Of a stretch of DNA of 64,000 bases, positions 1 to 8,594 are shown in pieces. The first letter of the stretch is position 1. Every line of letters starts with the position of its first letter. Source of the DNA: an uncultured Gammaproteobacteria bacterium. GTDB taxonomy: Bacteria; Patescibacteriota; Microgenomatia; UBA1406; HO2-37-13b. The DNA lies in NCBI GenBank assembly GCA_965230965.1, contig OZ246401.1, positions 666,937-730,936 of the forward strand, given 5' to 3'. The notes under the pieces were generated by a model. The model ran no database searches and had not been told where the DNA came from. It was given only the letters and a program-made list of their open reading frames with translations. The position numbers and the translations under genes are program-made.

Positions 1-317
1 TTGAAGAAGCGGAGCATATTTTTGTCACATGGGGCAGTAATAAAGGGGTAATTCTGGATGCAATGGAAAAGTTGGATGAGCAAGGAAAAAAGGTAGCGAT
101 GATTCATTTTACCTATATGTTCCCGCTAAATGCGAATGCACTGAAGCCACTTTTTGCCCATAAAGGCCGCTATATTCTAGTAGAAAATAATAGCCGCGGC
201 CAGTTTGGCTTGTTGTTGAGGCAGGAAACGGGGATTAATATTGAAGAAAAGCTTCTTAAATATGACGGACGTCAATTTTTTGTTGAAGAAATTATAGAGG
301 CAGCAAACATAACATAA
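1..317 (+). CDS. 2-oxoacid:ferredoxin oxidoreductase alpha subunit, C-terminal fragment (gene starts left of the window)
   Basis: Reading frame is open from nt 3. The tail ...AEHIFVTWGSNKGVILDAMEKLDEQGKKVAMIHFTYMFPL...YDGRQFF resembles the C-terminal domain of KorA/PorA-type alpha subunits. The TPP-binding beta subunit lies at 2167..3009. Confidence 0.8.
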   Translation, partial: EEAEHIFVTWGSNKGVILDAMEKLDEQGKKVAMIHFTYMFPLNANALKPLFAHKGRYILVENNSRGQFGLLLRQETGINIEEKLLKYDGRQFFVEEIIEAANIT

Positions 318-2161
318 TGGATCCAATTGGAGAATCGCCACAACTTTCGAGAAGGGATTTCCTTCGTTTTCCATTTGTAGCAGGTGGTAATGCTGCTGGT
401 GAATTGGAAGATCAATCTACAGTAAGACCCCACACTGAAAGGCAAAACTATGTAAATCAACAACTAGAAAACATGGGTTTTCCCCATACCCGTGCTGAGG
501 TCAATTTCTATCCAGGAGATCATATGCTTAACAAGACACACCTTGCACTTTTTCAGAATGATGATGCTGTTACAGGGGAGATAGATAGAAATACGATGTG
601 CGTTATTTGGAATATTGAAGAAAATGCGGGCCAATTCGCTTTAACATTTCCTCAACAACACAACAAGAGTAAGGGCGTGCTTTGGTCCTTAATGCATCCG
701 GGAATAGAGGTGCCAACTAAAGAGAGGATTATGCAATCAATAGAAATATATCGCGAGCTTAAAGCTAGAGGGGTCAATATGTATTCGGGAGATGTGTCCT
801 CTACGGCAATATCCCAGCTTCAAAGCATTGATACTCTTGAAAGTGCGAATACACTTAACGTGGGGATTGCGGGGTTGTCGGCAATGTTACAGGTTGGATT
901 GATTGCTAATTCAGTTGCAGAATTAAGGAATAATGAGCCGATGACGCGCAGAAAATTTTTAAAACTGGGTGGAAAACTTGGATTGGCTGCAGGACTTAAT
1001 AAAATATTGAGATTGCAAATGAATTTTGATTTTTCTGGTGGAATTCCACTTGGAAGACAGCCGGCTCTTGAGCATGCAATCGACGCAGAAGCATCAATTG
1101 AAGAGGCCATACGCGATCTTGGCTTAACAGATTCCCAATACGAGACGTATACAAAAATGCTCGTTGAGCACAGGAATAATATTATGGCATTGCATGCGTG
1201 GAGAACACTTGGAGAAGAAGCGCAAACCAAAGAAGATCCTAAAGTTTCTATATTTTACGGCACGGGCCACGGAAGAACAGAAGATATTTTTGATAAAGGA
1301 CCTGAATATTGTGAGGATCAAATTCATGCACATGCTACAACATATCTTACTGATGGATTGGATTACTTAATGGAAGGTGAGTTGAGCGATGAAGAAATCA
1401 TCCTAGCCTTAGAGAATGGCATGACCTTATATCCACCGTGTCTACGCCATGGAGATGCGGTGTTGAGAGATGCGCTGGTAGGGCAAGTATTGCCTCGGAC
1501 TGCACAAATGATATTTGGAGACAGTCTTGTAGAGCAATTAGAAAGCGCTTCACAAAATGGTGATCATCGCCGCGTTCATATTCTGACTGAAGCAATGAAG
1601 AAATTTATTGAGCTTGTAAACGAAAGAGTATATGATGAAGGTAGGCTGACACAGTACTTTGACGCACCGGTAGGACACATTGAGGAAGATAGGGTGGCTC
1701 ATAGACGAGATGTGCGAACTAGTAATGAAACTGATGAGGTTGCAAGTGCATCGGGTATCACGGGAGATCCTTCGTATACTGCCTTAGGGAGATACCTACA
1801 AATTGGATTATATCGGGATACGAATGATACTTATCCCCTTGTCCTCAGCTCATTAGAAGGTGGCGATGAAGATAAAGATATGATGTTGCAAGAAGTAGTG
1901 CTTACCACGCGTGGTCATCTAGAAGGAGTGAAATATACGTGTGAACCTTTGGGCCCGGATGACATTCCTGATGGCGTTAGCAATGTAATATTTGTGCAAA
2001 GCAGTATGGCTTATGAGAGGGTTGCTCGGGATATTTTAAATATTGTGCCGGGTGACAGAGAAATGCTTACACACTATGATGTGTATAGGGCGAACGGTGT
2101 GATAGCCGGTATTGAAAACCCCTTTGTGTTACGATTTAAAAATAATAGCAATGACTCATAA
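317..2161 (+). CDS. hypothetical 614-aa protein inserted between the OFOR alpha and beta genes, with two twin-arginine-like motifs
   Basis: Long ORF. Its ATG overlaps the upstream stop (TAATG) and it ends 5 nt before the beta subunit gene. SRRDFLRF at aa 11-18 and MTRRKFLKLGGKLGLAAGL at aa 209-227. No catalytic motif recognised. Confidence 0.7.
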   Translation: MDPIGESPQLSRRDFLRFPFVAGGNAAGELEDQSTVRPHTERQNYVNQQLENMGFPHTRAEVNFYPGDHMLNKTHLALFQNDDAVTGEIDRNTMCVIWNIEENAGQFALTFPQQHNKSKGVLWSLMHPGIEVPTKERIMQSIEIYRELKARGVNMYSGDVSSTAISQLQSIDTLESANTLNVGIAGLSAMLQVGLIANSVAELRNNEPMTRRKFLKLGGKLGLAAGLNKILRLQMNFDFSGGIPLGRQPALEHAIDAEASIEEAIRDLGLTDSQYETYTKMLVEHRNNIMALHAWRTLGEEAQTKEDPKVSIFYGTGHGRTEDIFDKGPEYCEDQIHAHATTYLTDGLDYLMEGELSDEEIILALENGMTLYPPCLRHGDAVLRDALVGQVLPRTAQMIFGDSLVEQLESASQNGDHRRVHILTEAMKKFIELVNERVYDEGRLTQYFDAPVGHIEEDRVAHRRDVRTSNETDEVASASGITGDPSYTALGRYLQIGLYRDTNDTYPLVLSSLEGGDEDKDMMLQEVVLTTRGHLEGVKYTCEPLGPDDIPDGVSNVIFVQSSMAYERVARDILNIVPGDREMLTHYDVYRANGVIAGIENPFVLRFKNNSNDS

Positions 2162-2166
2162 CAAAC

Positions 2167-3009
2167 ATGTCAACAGTTGAAGAATTTAACGGAAATACAG
2201 CAACGTGGTGCCCAGGATGTGGAGATTGGGCCATTGGTGCAAGTATTAAGCGCGCATTTGTTGATCTTGGCTATCACCCATGGGACATGATGGTTGCTTT
2301 TGGAATAGGTTGTTCGGGAAACATGAATGATGTGCTGCATGCGTATGGTTTTCATAGTTTGCACGGACGTGCATTGCCGCAGGCGATTGGGATGAAAATT
2401 GGTCAGCATAATATGCCAGTCGTCTGTATTGTGGGTGATGGTGATACATATGGCGAGGGTGGTAATCATATGTTGCATGCCAGTCGTGGCAACCATGATA
2501 TTACTGTTGTAGTCCACGATAACGGTGTGTATGGGCTCACAACGGGTCAAGTATCGCCACGATCAGCAAAGGGCCAAAAATCGAAATCTACGCCGTCTGG
2601 GACGCTTGATGCGCCACTTAATCCACTTGCTCTGACATTGAGTCAGGGCGCCACATTTGTGGCGCAGGGGTTTGCAGGGAATGCGATGCAGCTTATTGAT
2701 TTGATAAAGAAGGGCATCGCGCATAAGGGCTTTTCTATTGTGAACGTGCTACAGCCTTGCGTGACGTTTAACAAAATTAATACTTACGATTATTATCGTG
2801 ATAAGGCATATGATCTGGAGGAAGGATATGATCCAAGTGATTTCAAAGCGGCGATGGAAAAAGCTCTTCAGCCAACACAAGAAGAAAAGTTCCCGCTGGG
2901 TGTGATATATGAATTCAAGAAGCCTACCTATACCGAGCAATTGCCACAGCTGGCTGAAAAGCAGCTTATTGATAGAGATAGGTTTACAGAATTCGAAAAA
3001 TTGATATAA
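2167..3009 (+). CDS. 2-oxoacid:ferredoxin oxidoreductase beta subunit (TPP-binding)
   Basis: WCPGCGDWAI cysteine motif near the N-terminus and the TPP-binding block IVGDGDTYGEGGNH. The 280-aa length is typical of KorB/PorB-type subunits. Confidence 0.9.
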   Translation: MSTVEEFNGNTATWCPGCGDWAIGASIKRAFVDLGYHPWDMMVAFGIGCSGNMNDVLHAYGFHSLHGRALPQAIGMKIGQHNMPVVCIVGDGDTYGEGGNHMLHASRGNHDITVVVHDNGVYGLTTGQVSPRSAKGQKSKSTPSGTLDAPLNPLALTLSQGATFVAQGFAGNAMQLIDLIKKGIAHKGFSIVNVLQPCVTFNKINTYDYYRDKAYDLEEGYDPSDFKAAMEKALQPTQEEKFPLGVIYEFKKPTYTEQLPQLAEKQLIDRDRFTEFEKLI

Positions 3010-3070
3010 TTTCATCGTTCTTTCACAACGCAGTTGATGTCTGGGCAATCGTGTCCTAGAACTGCGTCAA

Positions 3071-3475
3071 ATGGAGGTTGACATGGCAGACGTGACCGTC
3101 AAAGAGGCTTTGTGCATACTCGCCACTCCCTATCTCTGGATCATTCTAGGGGCATTGTTGTTTGGGTCTGCGATCCCAAACAAGTCGATCGCAAGAGTGC
3201 TTGGGTTATGCATTGCTGGACTGGGCATTGGGTTGAGGTTGGTCTTCTACTCTGCCTCGGTACGACAACTCAATCCTGCGTTCCACATGTGGCTTACGCA
3301 AAGCGGCCCGGCCACAATCGGGTGGATCAGCCTCTTCTTGGGGGCTTTGTCTACACATGTTGGGATTGAGCTAATAAAGAAGGATCGGATAGACGGTGCC
3401 TTGCTCCTCATGATTGCCGTTATCGAGGCGGCGGTTGCTGTTGTCCTAGTCATCCTGCCAGCTGTACCTATCTAG
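3071..3475 (+). CDS. small integral membrane protein (hypothetical)
   Basis: 134-aa ORF with about four hydrophobic helices. G+C is visibly higher than in the flanks. No homology recognised. Confidence 0.55.
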   Translation: MEVDMADVTVKEALCILATPYLWIILGALLFGSAIPNKSIARVLGLCIAGLGIGLRLVFYSASVRQLNPAFHMWLTQSGPATIGWISLFLGALSTHVGIELIKKDRIDGALLLMIAVIEAAVAVVLVILPAVPI

Positions 3476-3491
3476 AAGGATGGGTACGTGC

Positions 3492-3521
3492 GTGGGCCGC
3501 CTCGTAATCGGGGCGGCTCAC
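3492..3521. terminator. GC-rich hairpin between convergent genes (possible bidirectional terminator without a clear U-tract)
   Basis: 10-bp stem, 3492..3501 (gtgggccgcc) pairing with 3512..3521 (ggcggctcac), with a 10-nt loop. It lies between the stops at 3475 (+) and 3540 (-). Confidence 0.35.
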
Positions 3522-3539
3522 ATTTCCAATTAGAAGATA

Positions 3540-5318
3540 CTATTCTACAAACATCACCTGATCATCGGGTAGGCGGAAGAGCCCTTCGTCAAGGCGTTTT
3601 TGGTCGAGGTAGTGGGCGATGAAGCCTGCTGAACGGGGTAGAATAAAAAGTGCATTAAAGAACTCTGTATCAATGCACTCTTTCAGTTGTTCAGTTGAAA
3701 ATCCTTCTTTTTCTGCAAGTAGATCAAGCATAATTGCTGCAACAGCACCATCAAGATTGAGTATTAAGTTAGCTTTTTTGTCGGTCGTGATTTTTTCAAC
3801 TTCGAGTGCAAAACTTGTGTATTTTTTAGCGTGGAGTTGCTCTGTGAAAGTTAGCAATTTTGCAACGCGTGGATCTGGGTTGTCTGTGCGGTATTTTTTA
3901 TGGCCAATACCAGAGATGTATTGTTTTTTGGCCGCAAAAGATTCTACAAGTTCTTGTGGTGGCACGCCGCCTTCTACTGCTGAAAACCAGTTATGTGCCG
4001 CCTCATTTATAGCCCCGCCAAAGCGGGGGCCAATTGTCAAGATGCCCGCTGCCAATGAAGAAACCATATCTCGGCCGGCGCGGGCGGTAATCATGGTATT
4101 GACTGCTCCAGAGACATGGGGGCCGTGGTCGATCAAAAGTTTGAGCACGGTATCAACAAATTCGACCACTTCTTTTGACTTGATTTTTTTGCCCAAAAAC
4201 ATTGATATGAGGAGCTCTGCAAAACTTGTTGAAGCGCTTAATTCTGTCAAATCTGAGCCCAAAACTTCAACTTTCCCATCTTTTTCGCGCGAAATTGAAC
4301 TCATGAAAAGTGATTTTTTGCGTTCGCCAAGTTCTGGCTTTTCTTGATCGTCATTTTTTTGCATAGGAATAGTATCTAGCAAAGATAGGAATTCTGCAAA
4401 TGTATCTGGCGTGTTAATACCAGCCTCACGCAGAGCTGCTCTTTTTGCTTGTGCAGATTCGCCTTGCGTTTTTGCCATTGCTTTTGCATGGCCAAATTGT
4501 GGTGGCTCTTCAAAAAGATCCGAAATGGTGCCGGCAATGAAGGCATATACGGGTTTTGTGAGGGCACCTTCTTTTTTAAGTCGAACCAGTTCATATTCAT
4601 CATCGCCGCCGAGTTCACCATAATAAACGATAGCTTCAGTGGAGGAGTCGGCTTCAGCTTGGAGGAAGGCTTGGGCAGGGGAAAAAATAGGGAAGCGGTC
4701 ACCGCCAAAATGGAGAGCAAAGGATAATGAGTGACCGGCTTTTGTGACATTCCAAATGAGCTCGTTAGTCATCCCGCCGGAGGCGGAGAAGACGGCAACA
4801 TTACCGCGTGTAGCGGCGCGGGCGGTCTTTAACTGCGCATAATCAATGCCCGCAATTGCTCCGAGCTTTAGCTGGCCCGGCACCAGAACCCCAACGCTCG
4901 CCGGGCCAATGATCCAAATGCCTCTTTCTGCTGCTGTCGCAATAAGATCTGTGGCGTGCTGTTCTGGCATATTTTCTGCAAAAAGCACGCCGCCTTGTAC
5001 CGACGGCATATTATCAAGAAATTCCATTGTTGATGCGAACACTCGTCGCCCTGAGCTGACATTTAAGAATAGGGCACGATCCTGAAAAGACACGGTCTTA
5101 GAAAGGTCGTGCCCGCTTGCAAACACCGGGATCGCGACCTCGCGTTCGCCAAAAAAATACCTTTCAAATTTACGTCCACCAGCAATAATTGCCTTGATAG
5201 ATGGCTCCTTGCGGCCAATTATGTAGTCAAAATCGAGCATTGATTGAATGATCGGAGGGTGATTGCCGATACACACAATCGGTCCGCCTTCTGCAAAGAT
5301 AGTGCTTTCGGTTTTCAT
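3540..5318 (-). CDS. aclA: ATP-citrate lyase large subunit-like protein (SucD-like CoA-ligase domain fused to a citrate-synthase-like domain)
   Basis: Phosphohistidine-loop-like PPQFGHAKAMA followed by QAKRAALREAGI. The C-terminal half has citrate-synthase-type GIGHKKYRTDNPDPRV and LNLDGAVAAIMLDL. Its start overlaps the aclB stop (ATGA). Confidence 0.8.
   Translation of the reverse strand: MKTESTIFAEGGPIVCIGNHPPIIQSMLDFDYIIGRKEPSIKAIIAGGRKFERYFFGEREVAIPVFASGHDLSKTVSFQDRALFLNVSSGRRVFASTMEFLDNMPSVQGGVLFAENMPEQHATDLIATAAERGIWIIGPASVGVLVPGQLKLGAIAGIDYAQLKTARAATRGNVAVFSASGGMTNELIWNVTKAGHSLSFALHFGGDRFPIFSPAQAFLQAEADSSTEAIVYYGELGGDDEYELVRLKKEGALTKPVYAFIAGTISDLFEEPPQFGHAKAMAKTQGESAQAKRAALREAGINTPDTFAEFLSLLDTIPMQKNDDQEKPELGERKKSLFMSSISREKDGKVEVLGSDLTELSASTSFAELLISMFLGKKIKSKEVVEFVDTVLKLLIDHGPHVSGAVNTMITARAGRDMVSSLAAGILTIGPRFGGAINEAAHNWFSAVEGGVPPQELVESFAAKKQYISGIGHKKYRTDNPDPRVAKLLTFTEQLHAKKYTSFALEVEKITTDKKANLILNLDGAVAAIMLDLLAEKEGFSTEQLKECIDTEFFNALFILPRSAGFIAHYLDQKRLDEGLFRLPDDQVMFVE
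5072..5099 (+). repeat. copy of the conserved ~28-nt motif GGCACGATCCTnAACAAGACACGGTCTT, inside the aclA coding sequence
   Basis: gggcacgatcctgaaaagacacggtctt. Its 5' arm is repeated inverted at 5105..5114 (ggtcgtgccc). See the copies at 15607, 30607 and 55392. Confidence 0.6.
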
Positions 5319-6496
5319 ATTACATCTAATGATTTTTTAACAATTTCATTCAAACTTAATTCTGGACCAGCAACATATCCACGCAAACCCTGTTTTTCCA
5401 CAAAATTACGCATCATCGTTAGGCCTTTTTCCTGTTGTGGACCGCCACGACGTACAAAAATTGCAATATCTTGAGCTTGCAACTCTTTAATATGTTCTTC
5501 CAAAGTTCTTAAAATTCCCTTAAAAGTGACACTTACATCTGTGAAATTTGCTACGCCTCCGGCAATTAACAGTATCTTTTTTTTGGCTTCACTTTTCAGT
5601 AAGAGCGATAGAATTTGTTTTGCATATTCATATGTTTCATCAGCATTTGGTGCGCCACTATATTCTCCATAATTGCCAATCAGATTGCCTTTGCCAAGAT
5701 TGTTATATTCGTCGGCAATAACTAGACTTGCGCCTCCTCCAGATAATAACATCCACACACTCCCATTCTTATTCAAAACCTCTAATTTGAACGAGGAAGG
5801 ACTTTTCTCAGAAATTTTTACAACATTCTGTTCTTCTTCAATTGTTACTTTTTTTTGAACAAAATCTGACTTATTCCATGATGTGACAAAATAATCTCCT
5901 GCGCTATCAACTTCCACCGCAAGATCAAGAAGCTGTATATTATCCTCATTAATTAAAAGTGGATTAATTTCCAAAAATGCAAAATACTCCTTTTTAAATA
6001 TATCAATCAGTCTCTTTAATGTATCAAAAGATATCGATATGGCCTCAGAAACCTTTTTAATTTCTTCTTCATTATTGACCATGTACTCATCCACACCAGA
6101 TTCTTTTGTAGCATCCTCAATATCAACACCGCCTTCTGGGTGATACCATAGTTTTATTCCTTCACGAACTCGTTGTAAGGCGAGATACCGCTCAGTTTTT
6201 TGCTCATGTTTTGAAAATTCCTCGATTAAAAAAGAATTAAAACCTCGTGCTTCAAGTTTTCTAATAGCTGCCTCAAGTTCATCTCTTTTCACATCCAGTA
6301 CTAACAACCCCTGTTTTCCGCGTTTTTTCACACCCTGGTCGACTTTTACTACATACGTGTGATCTTTTGATAGTGCAGAAAGATTCTTGTTCCAATCTTG
6401 CTCAGAAGTATCAATGTGCAGACCAGAATAGATTTGTACAAGCTGAGGGAGGACGATGGATTTCGCTTTGAATTCAGTGATTTTTACCCGTGACAT
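5315..6496 (-). CDS. aclB: ATP-citrate lyase small subunit-like protein (SucC-like ATP-grasp subunit)
   Basis: SucC-like N-terminus MSRVKITEFKAKSIV, then LLSGGGASLV and IAGGVANFTDV blocks. The ORF-track start at 6511 is a TTG inside a TATAAT box, so the ATG at 6496 is preferred. Confidence 0.8.
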   Translation of the reverse strand: MSRVKITEFKAKSIVLPQLVQIYSGLHIDTSEQDWNKNLSALSKDHTYVVKVDQGVKKRGKQGLLVLDVKRDELEAAIRKLEARGFNSFLIEEFSKHEQKTERYLALQRVREGIKLWYHPEGGVDIEDATKESGVDEYMVNNEEEIKKVSEAISISFDTLKRLIDIFKKEYFAFLEINPLLINEDNIQLLDLAVEVDSAGDYFVTSWNKSDFVQKKVTIEEEQNVVKISEKSPSSFKLEVLNKNGSVWMLLSGGGASLVIADEYNNLGKGNLIGNYGEYSGAPNADETYEYAKQILSLLLKSEAKKKILLIAGGVANFTDVSVTFKGILRTLEEHIKELQAQDIAIFVRRGGPQQEKGLTMMRNFVEKQGLRGYVAGPELSLNEIVKKSLDVI

Positions 6497-6508
6497 TGCA
6501 ATATTATA
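6497..6508 (-). promoter_or_regulatory. -10 box TATAAT placed 6 nt upstream of the aclB ATG (leaderless-type arrangement)
   Basis: Minus strand reads aagacacggtcttgTATAATattgcaATG. Confidence 0.45.
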
Positions 6509-6509
6509 C

Positions 6510-6532
6510 AAGACCGTGTCTTATTTGATCGC
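6510..6532 (-). repeat. partial copy of the conserved motif (AAGACACGGTCTT core) spanning the sortase stop and the aclB promoter
   Basis: Minus strand reads gcgatcaaataagacacggtctt, directly abutting the TATAAT box. Confidence 0.45.
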
Positions 6533-7237
6533 TGGCTCGGCGAAAATCAGCATGCGTTGTGCAACTGTGCCTGGAGGCCAACAGGTCTGCAGCGTTAGAA
6601 ACTCGGTGTCAGTCTTTTTTGTAATGTAGCCTACCTCGCTAGGGTCAACGATTGTTTTTCCCGTCACGTTATATTTATGGCGAATGCCATGAAAGTAGAG
6701 ATTAATTTCATCGCCAACTTCCAATTTATATAACAGATAAAAAACCGCATTGTAGCGGCTCACATTTGTAAATGTATTTGTTGAATGCGCAAAAAGATAA
6801 ATATGGCCGTGCTCACCAGGGAATTTTGTTCCGGCAGCATGTGCTACACCAGATTCAAGCGCTGGTAAATATTGATCTGGATTAGCACTATCAACATTAG
6901 GAATAATATTTGCATTAGCACCAAGTTTAGGAACAAGAATGGAGAAGTTTGGATCTTTAGGTACAAGAACTTCAACATTATTTATTTTCAGCGCATCGCT
7001 CAACAAGCCTTTCGGCCCAGTATTTTCAGGTTGAGTAAATGTGGGAGCTTCATCAGCGAGTACATACTTTTTTCCAACGACCTGATTGTATGCGTATTTG
7101 ACTTCCTCTAGCGCTGGCTTATAGAAGACCCAGCTGATCATATAGATCGAGAATAGAACCAAAAAATTACCTACGGTTCGTAGCGTTAGAATGCGATAAA
7201 ACTCACTACGTGACATATTCTTGGGGATCGAGATCAT
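6521..7237 (-). CDS. sortase family transpeptidase
   Basis: Catalytic-Cys motif TLQTCWP (TLxTC), upstream His in HIYLFAHS, downstream Arg in VAQRML, and an N-terminal TM anchor. Confidence 0.8.
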   Translation of the reverse strand: MISIPKNMSRSEFYRILTLRTVGNFLVLFSIYMISWVFYKPALEEVKYAYNQVVGKKYVLADEAPTFTQPENTGPKGLLSDALKINNVEVLVPKDPNFSILVPKLGANANIIPNVDSANPDQYLPALESGVAHAAGTKFPGEHGHIYLFAHSTNTFTNVSRYNAVFYLLYKLEVGDEINLYFHGIRHKYNVTGKTIVDPSEVGYITKKTDTEFLTLQTCWPPGTVAQRMLIFAEPAIK

Positions 7238-7251
7238 ATCATTTCATTATA
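7238..7251 (-). promoter_or_regulatory. -10 box TATAAT 8 nt upstream of the sortase ATG, preceded by the hairpin GGTCTTcgctAAGACC (7255..7270)
   Basis: Minus strand reads ggtcttcgctaagaccataTATAATgaaatgatATG. Confidence 0.4.
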
Positions 7252-7258
7252 TATGGTC

Positions 7259-8497
7259 TTAGCGAAGACCGACAGAGTATACGTCGGGAAGTGTACGGGT
7301 TGAGCTATTAAAATTGGTCAAAATAAGCAGCTTCCCATCGCGCGTCATTGAGGCAAATTCAGGCTGGAATGGGCCGGAGTAGACAAGACGTTTGTTTGTT
7401 CCATCATAATCAACAATGGCCATACCTTCAGGTTGTCGCATCACAATATGTTGTGAATCAACATACCAAAATAAGGGTAGCTCAGGGTCAAATTCATCAG
7501 CAATTTTAAAGTTTTTATCTTCTTTTTTATCGTATACATAGACGGCTCCAGGCTTTATAGAACGCTCTTCAGGTGTTTGATTTGTTGCTATCAACGCCGG
7601 CTTGATAACTTGATCAATTGTGGCACTTTGAGTAGCTTCATAGAGAATTTTGGTCTCATCAGGTGAAAAACCAATGATATTGAATGAGCTGCTTGCTTTT
7701 ACAATAGGTTTTTTAAACGTTTCTATAAGTTTTGCATGAACTTCGACCTTTTCAATATCCCATGCACTTCTGATAGCCTGAACAGAATTAGTGACATCAA
7801 ATGGCTGAAGTGTCACGTCATCAGTTGAGAGAAGGTATATGGCCTTAACAACAGTTTGTGGTTGAGTGGGCTTTTTATTGCGCAATGTTGGTGTTGGAGT
7901 TGTTGTTTCGACAAATGAAACCAGCATTTGTTTTTCATTTGGTGAAAACTCAACCTGAGCAGTCTTGAATACAAATCCAGCAGGGAAGATGGATTTAAGA
8001 GCGAGTAGTTTTTGACCATTTATGCGTGCAAGCGGATTATTTCTATTGTCAATAAGATATATGCCATCTTTTTCAGTTGCGCCGGTTTCTGAGAAGAGAA
8101 TTGTTTTTTCCTGTGAATTGGTCGAAATTGCCTTTACGACGCCGAATGAGGTTAGTGGTGAAAGTGTTGGATTGACAGGGAAGAGCAAGGCATCGGCCTT
8201 AATGACGAGTTCACCTTTTATTGTAAGACGTTTTTTCCATGAAAGGTAGCCGTCTTGGGCAATTTCAACATCATACACGCCTGGCTTTACGCCAATATTT
8301 GAGTTCGTTGCTCCCTTGAGCTCACCATTCACTAGAATTTTTGCTCCATCAGGAGCTGATGAGGCAACAAGAATTCCTGTTGATGAGAATGTTTTTTGTG
8401 AAAAATCAAGTCTGTAGCCACGAGCAAAGCCAATAAGGAAAAAGAGAATGGCGCCAAAAATTATCAATAGCAATAGGCGGTAGACGAAAAATCTCAT
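7259..8497 (-). CDS. PEGA domain-containing membrane-anchored protein
   Basis: N-terminal TM helix. PEGA-type segment ILVNGELKGATNSNIGVKPGVYDVEIAQDGYLSWKKRLTIKGE. The C-terminal part is beta-rich. Confidence 0.7.
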   Translation of the reverse strand: MRFFVYRLLLLIIFGAILFFLIGFARGYRLDFSQKTFSSTGILVASSAPDGAKILVNGELKGATNSNIGVKPGVYDVEIAQDGYLSWKKRLTIKGELVIKADALLFPVNPTLSPLTSFGVVKAISTNSQEKTILFSETGATEKDGIYLIDNRNNPLARINGQKLLALKSIFPAGFVFKTAQVEFSPNEKQMLVSFVETTTPTPTLRNKKPTQPQTVVKAIYLLSTDDVTLQPFDVTNSVQAIRSAWDIEKVEVHAKLIETFKKPIVKASSSFNIIGFSPDETKILYEATQSATIDQVIKPALIATNQTPEERSIKPGAVYVYDKKEDKNFKIADEFDPELPLFWYVDSQHIVMRQPEGMAIVDYDGTNKRLVYSGPFQPEFASMTRDGKLLILTNFNSSTRTLPDVYSVGLR

Positions 8498-8509
8498 GTC
8501 CTTATTATA
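8498..8509 (-). promoter_or_regulatory. -10 box TATAAT 6 nt upstream of the ATG of the PEGA gene
   Basis: Minus strand reads atagTATAATaaggacATG. Confidence 0.4.
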
Positions 8510-8594
8510 CTATTTTTTTGATATCATATAGGGTAAGTTTCTTATTCAGAGCTCCAAAAAAGTATATATTACTATACTTTAAGTATATCAAAAT

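Noticed and set aside
3619-4347. 242-aa ORF antisense to aclA. Similar long antisense or alternative-frame ORFs occur at 45650..46126, 46849..47193, 54892..55362, 54398..54820, 51447..51749, 36121..36468 and 41076..41432.
   Set aside because: Each lies entirely inside a gene with clear family signatures on the other strand or frame. The translations are low-complexity (Ser/Pro/Gly/Val-rich) mirror images of the real proteins and have no start context or promoter.
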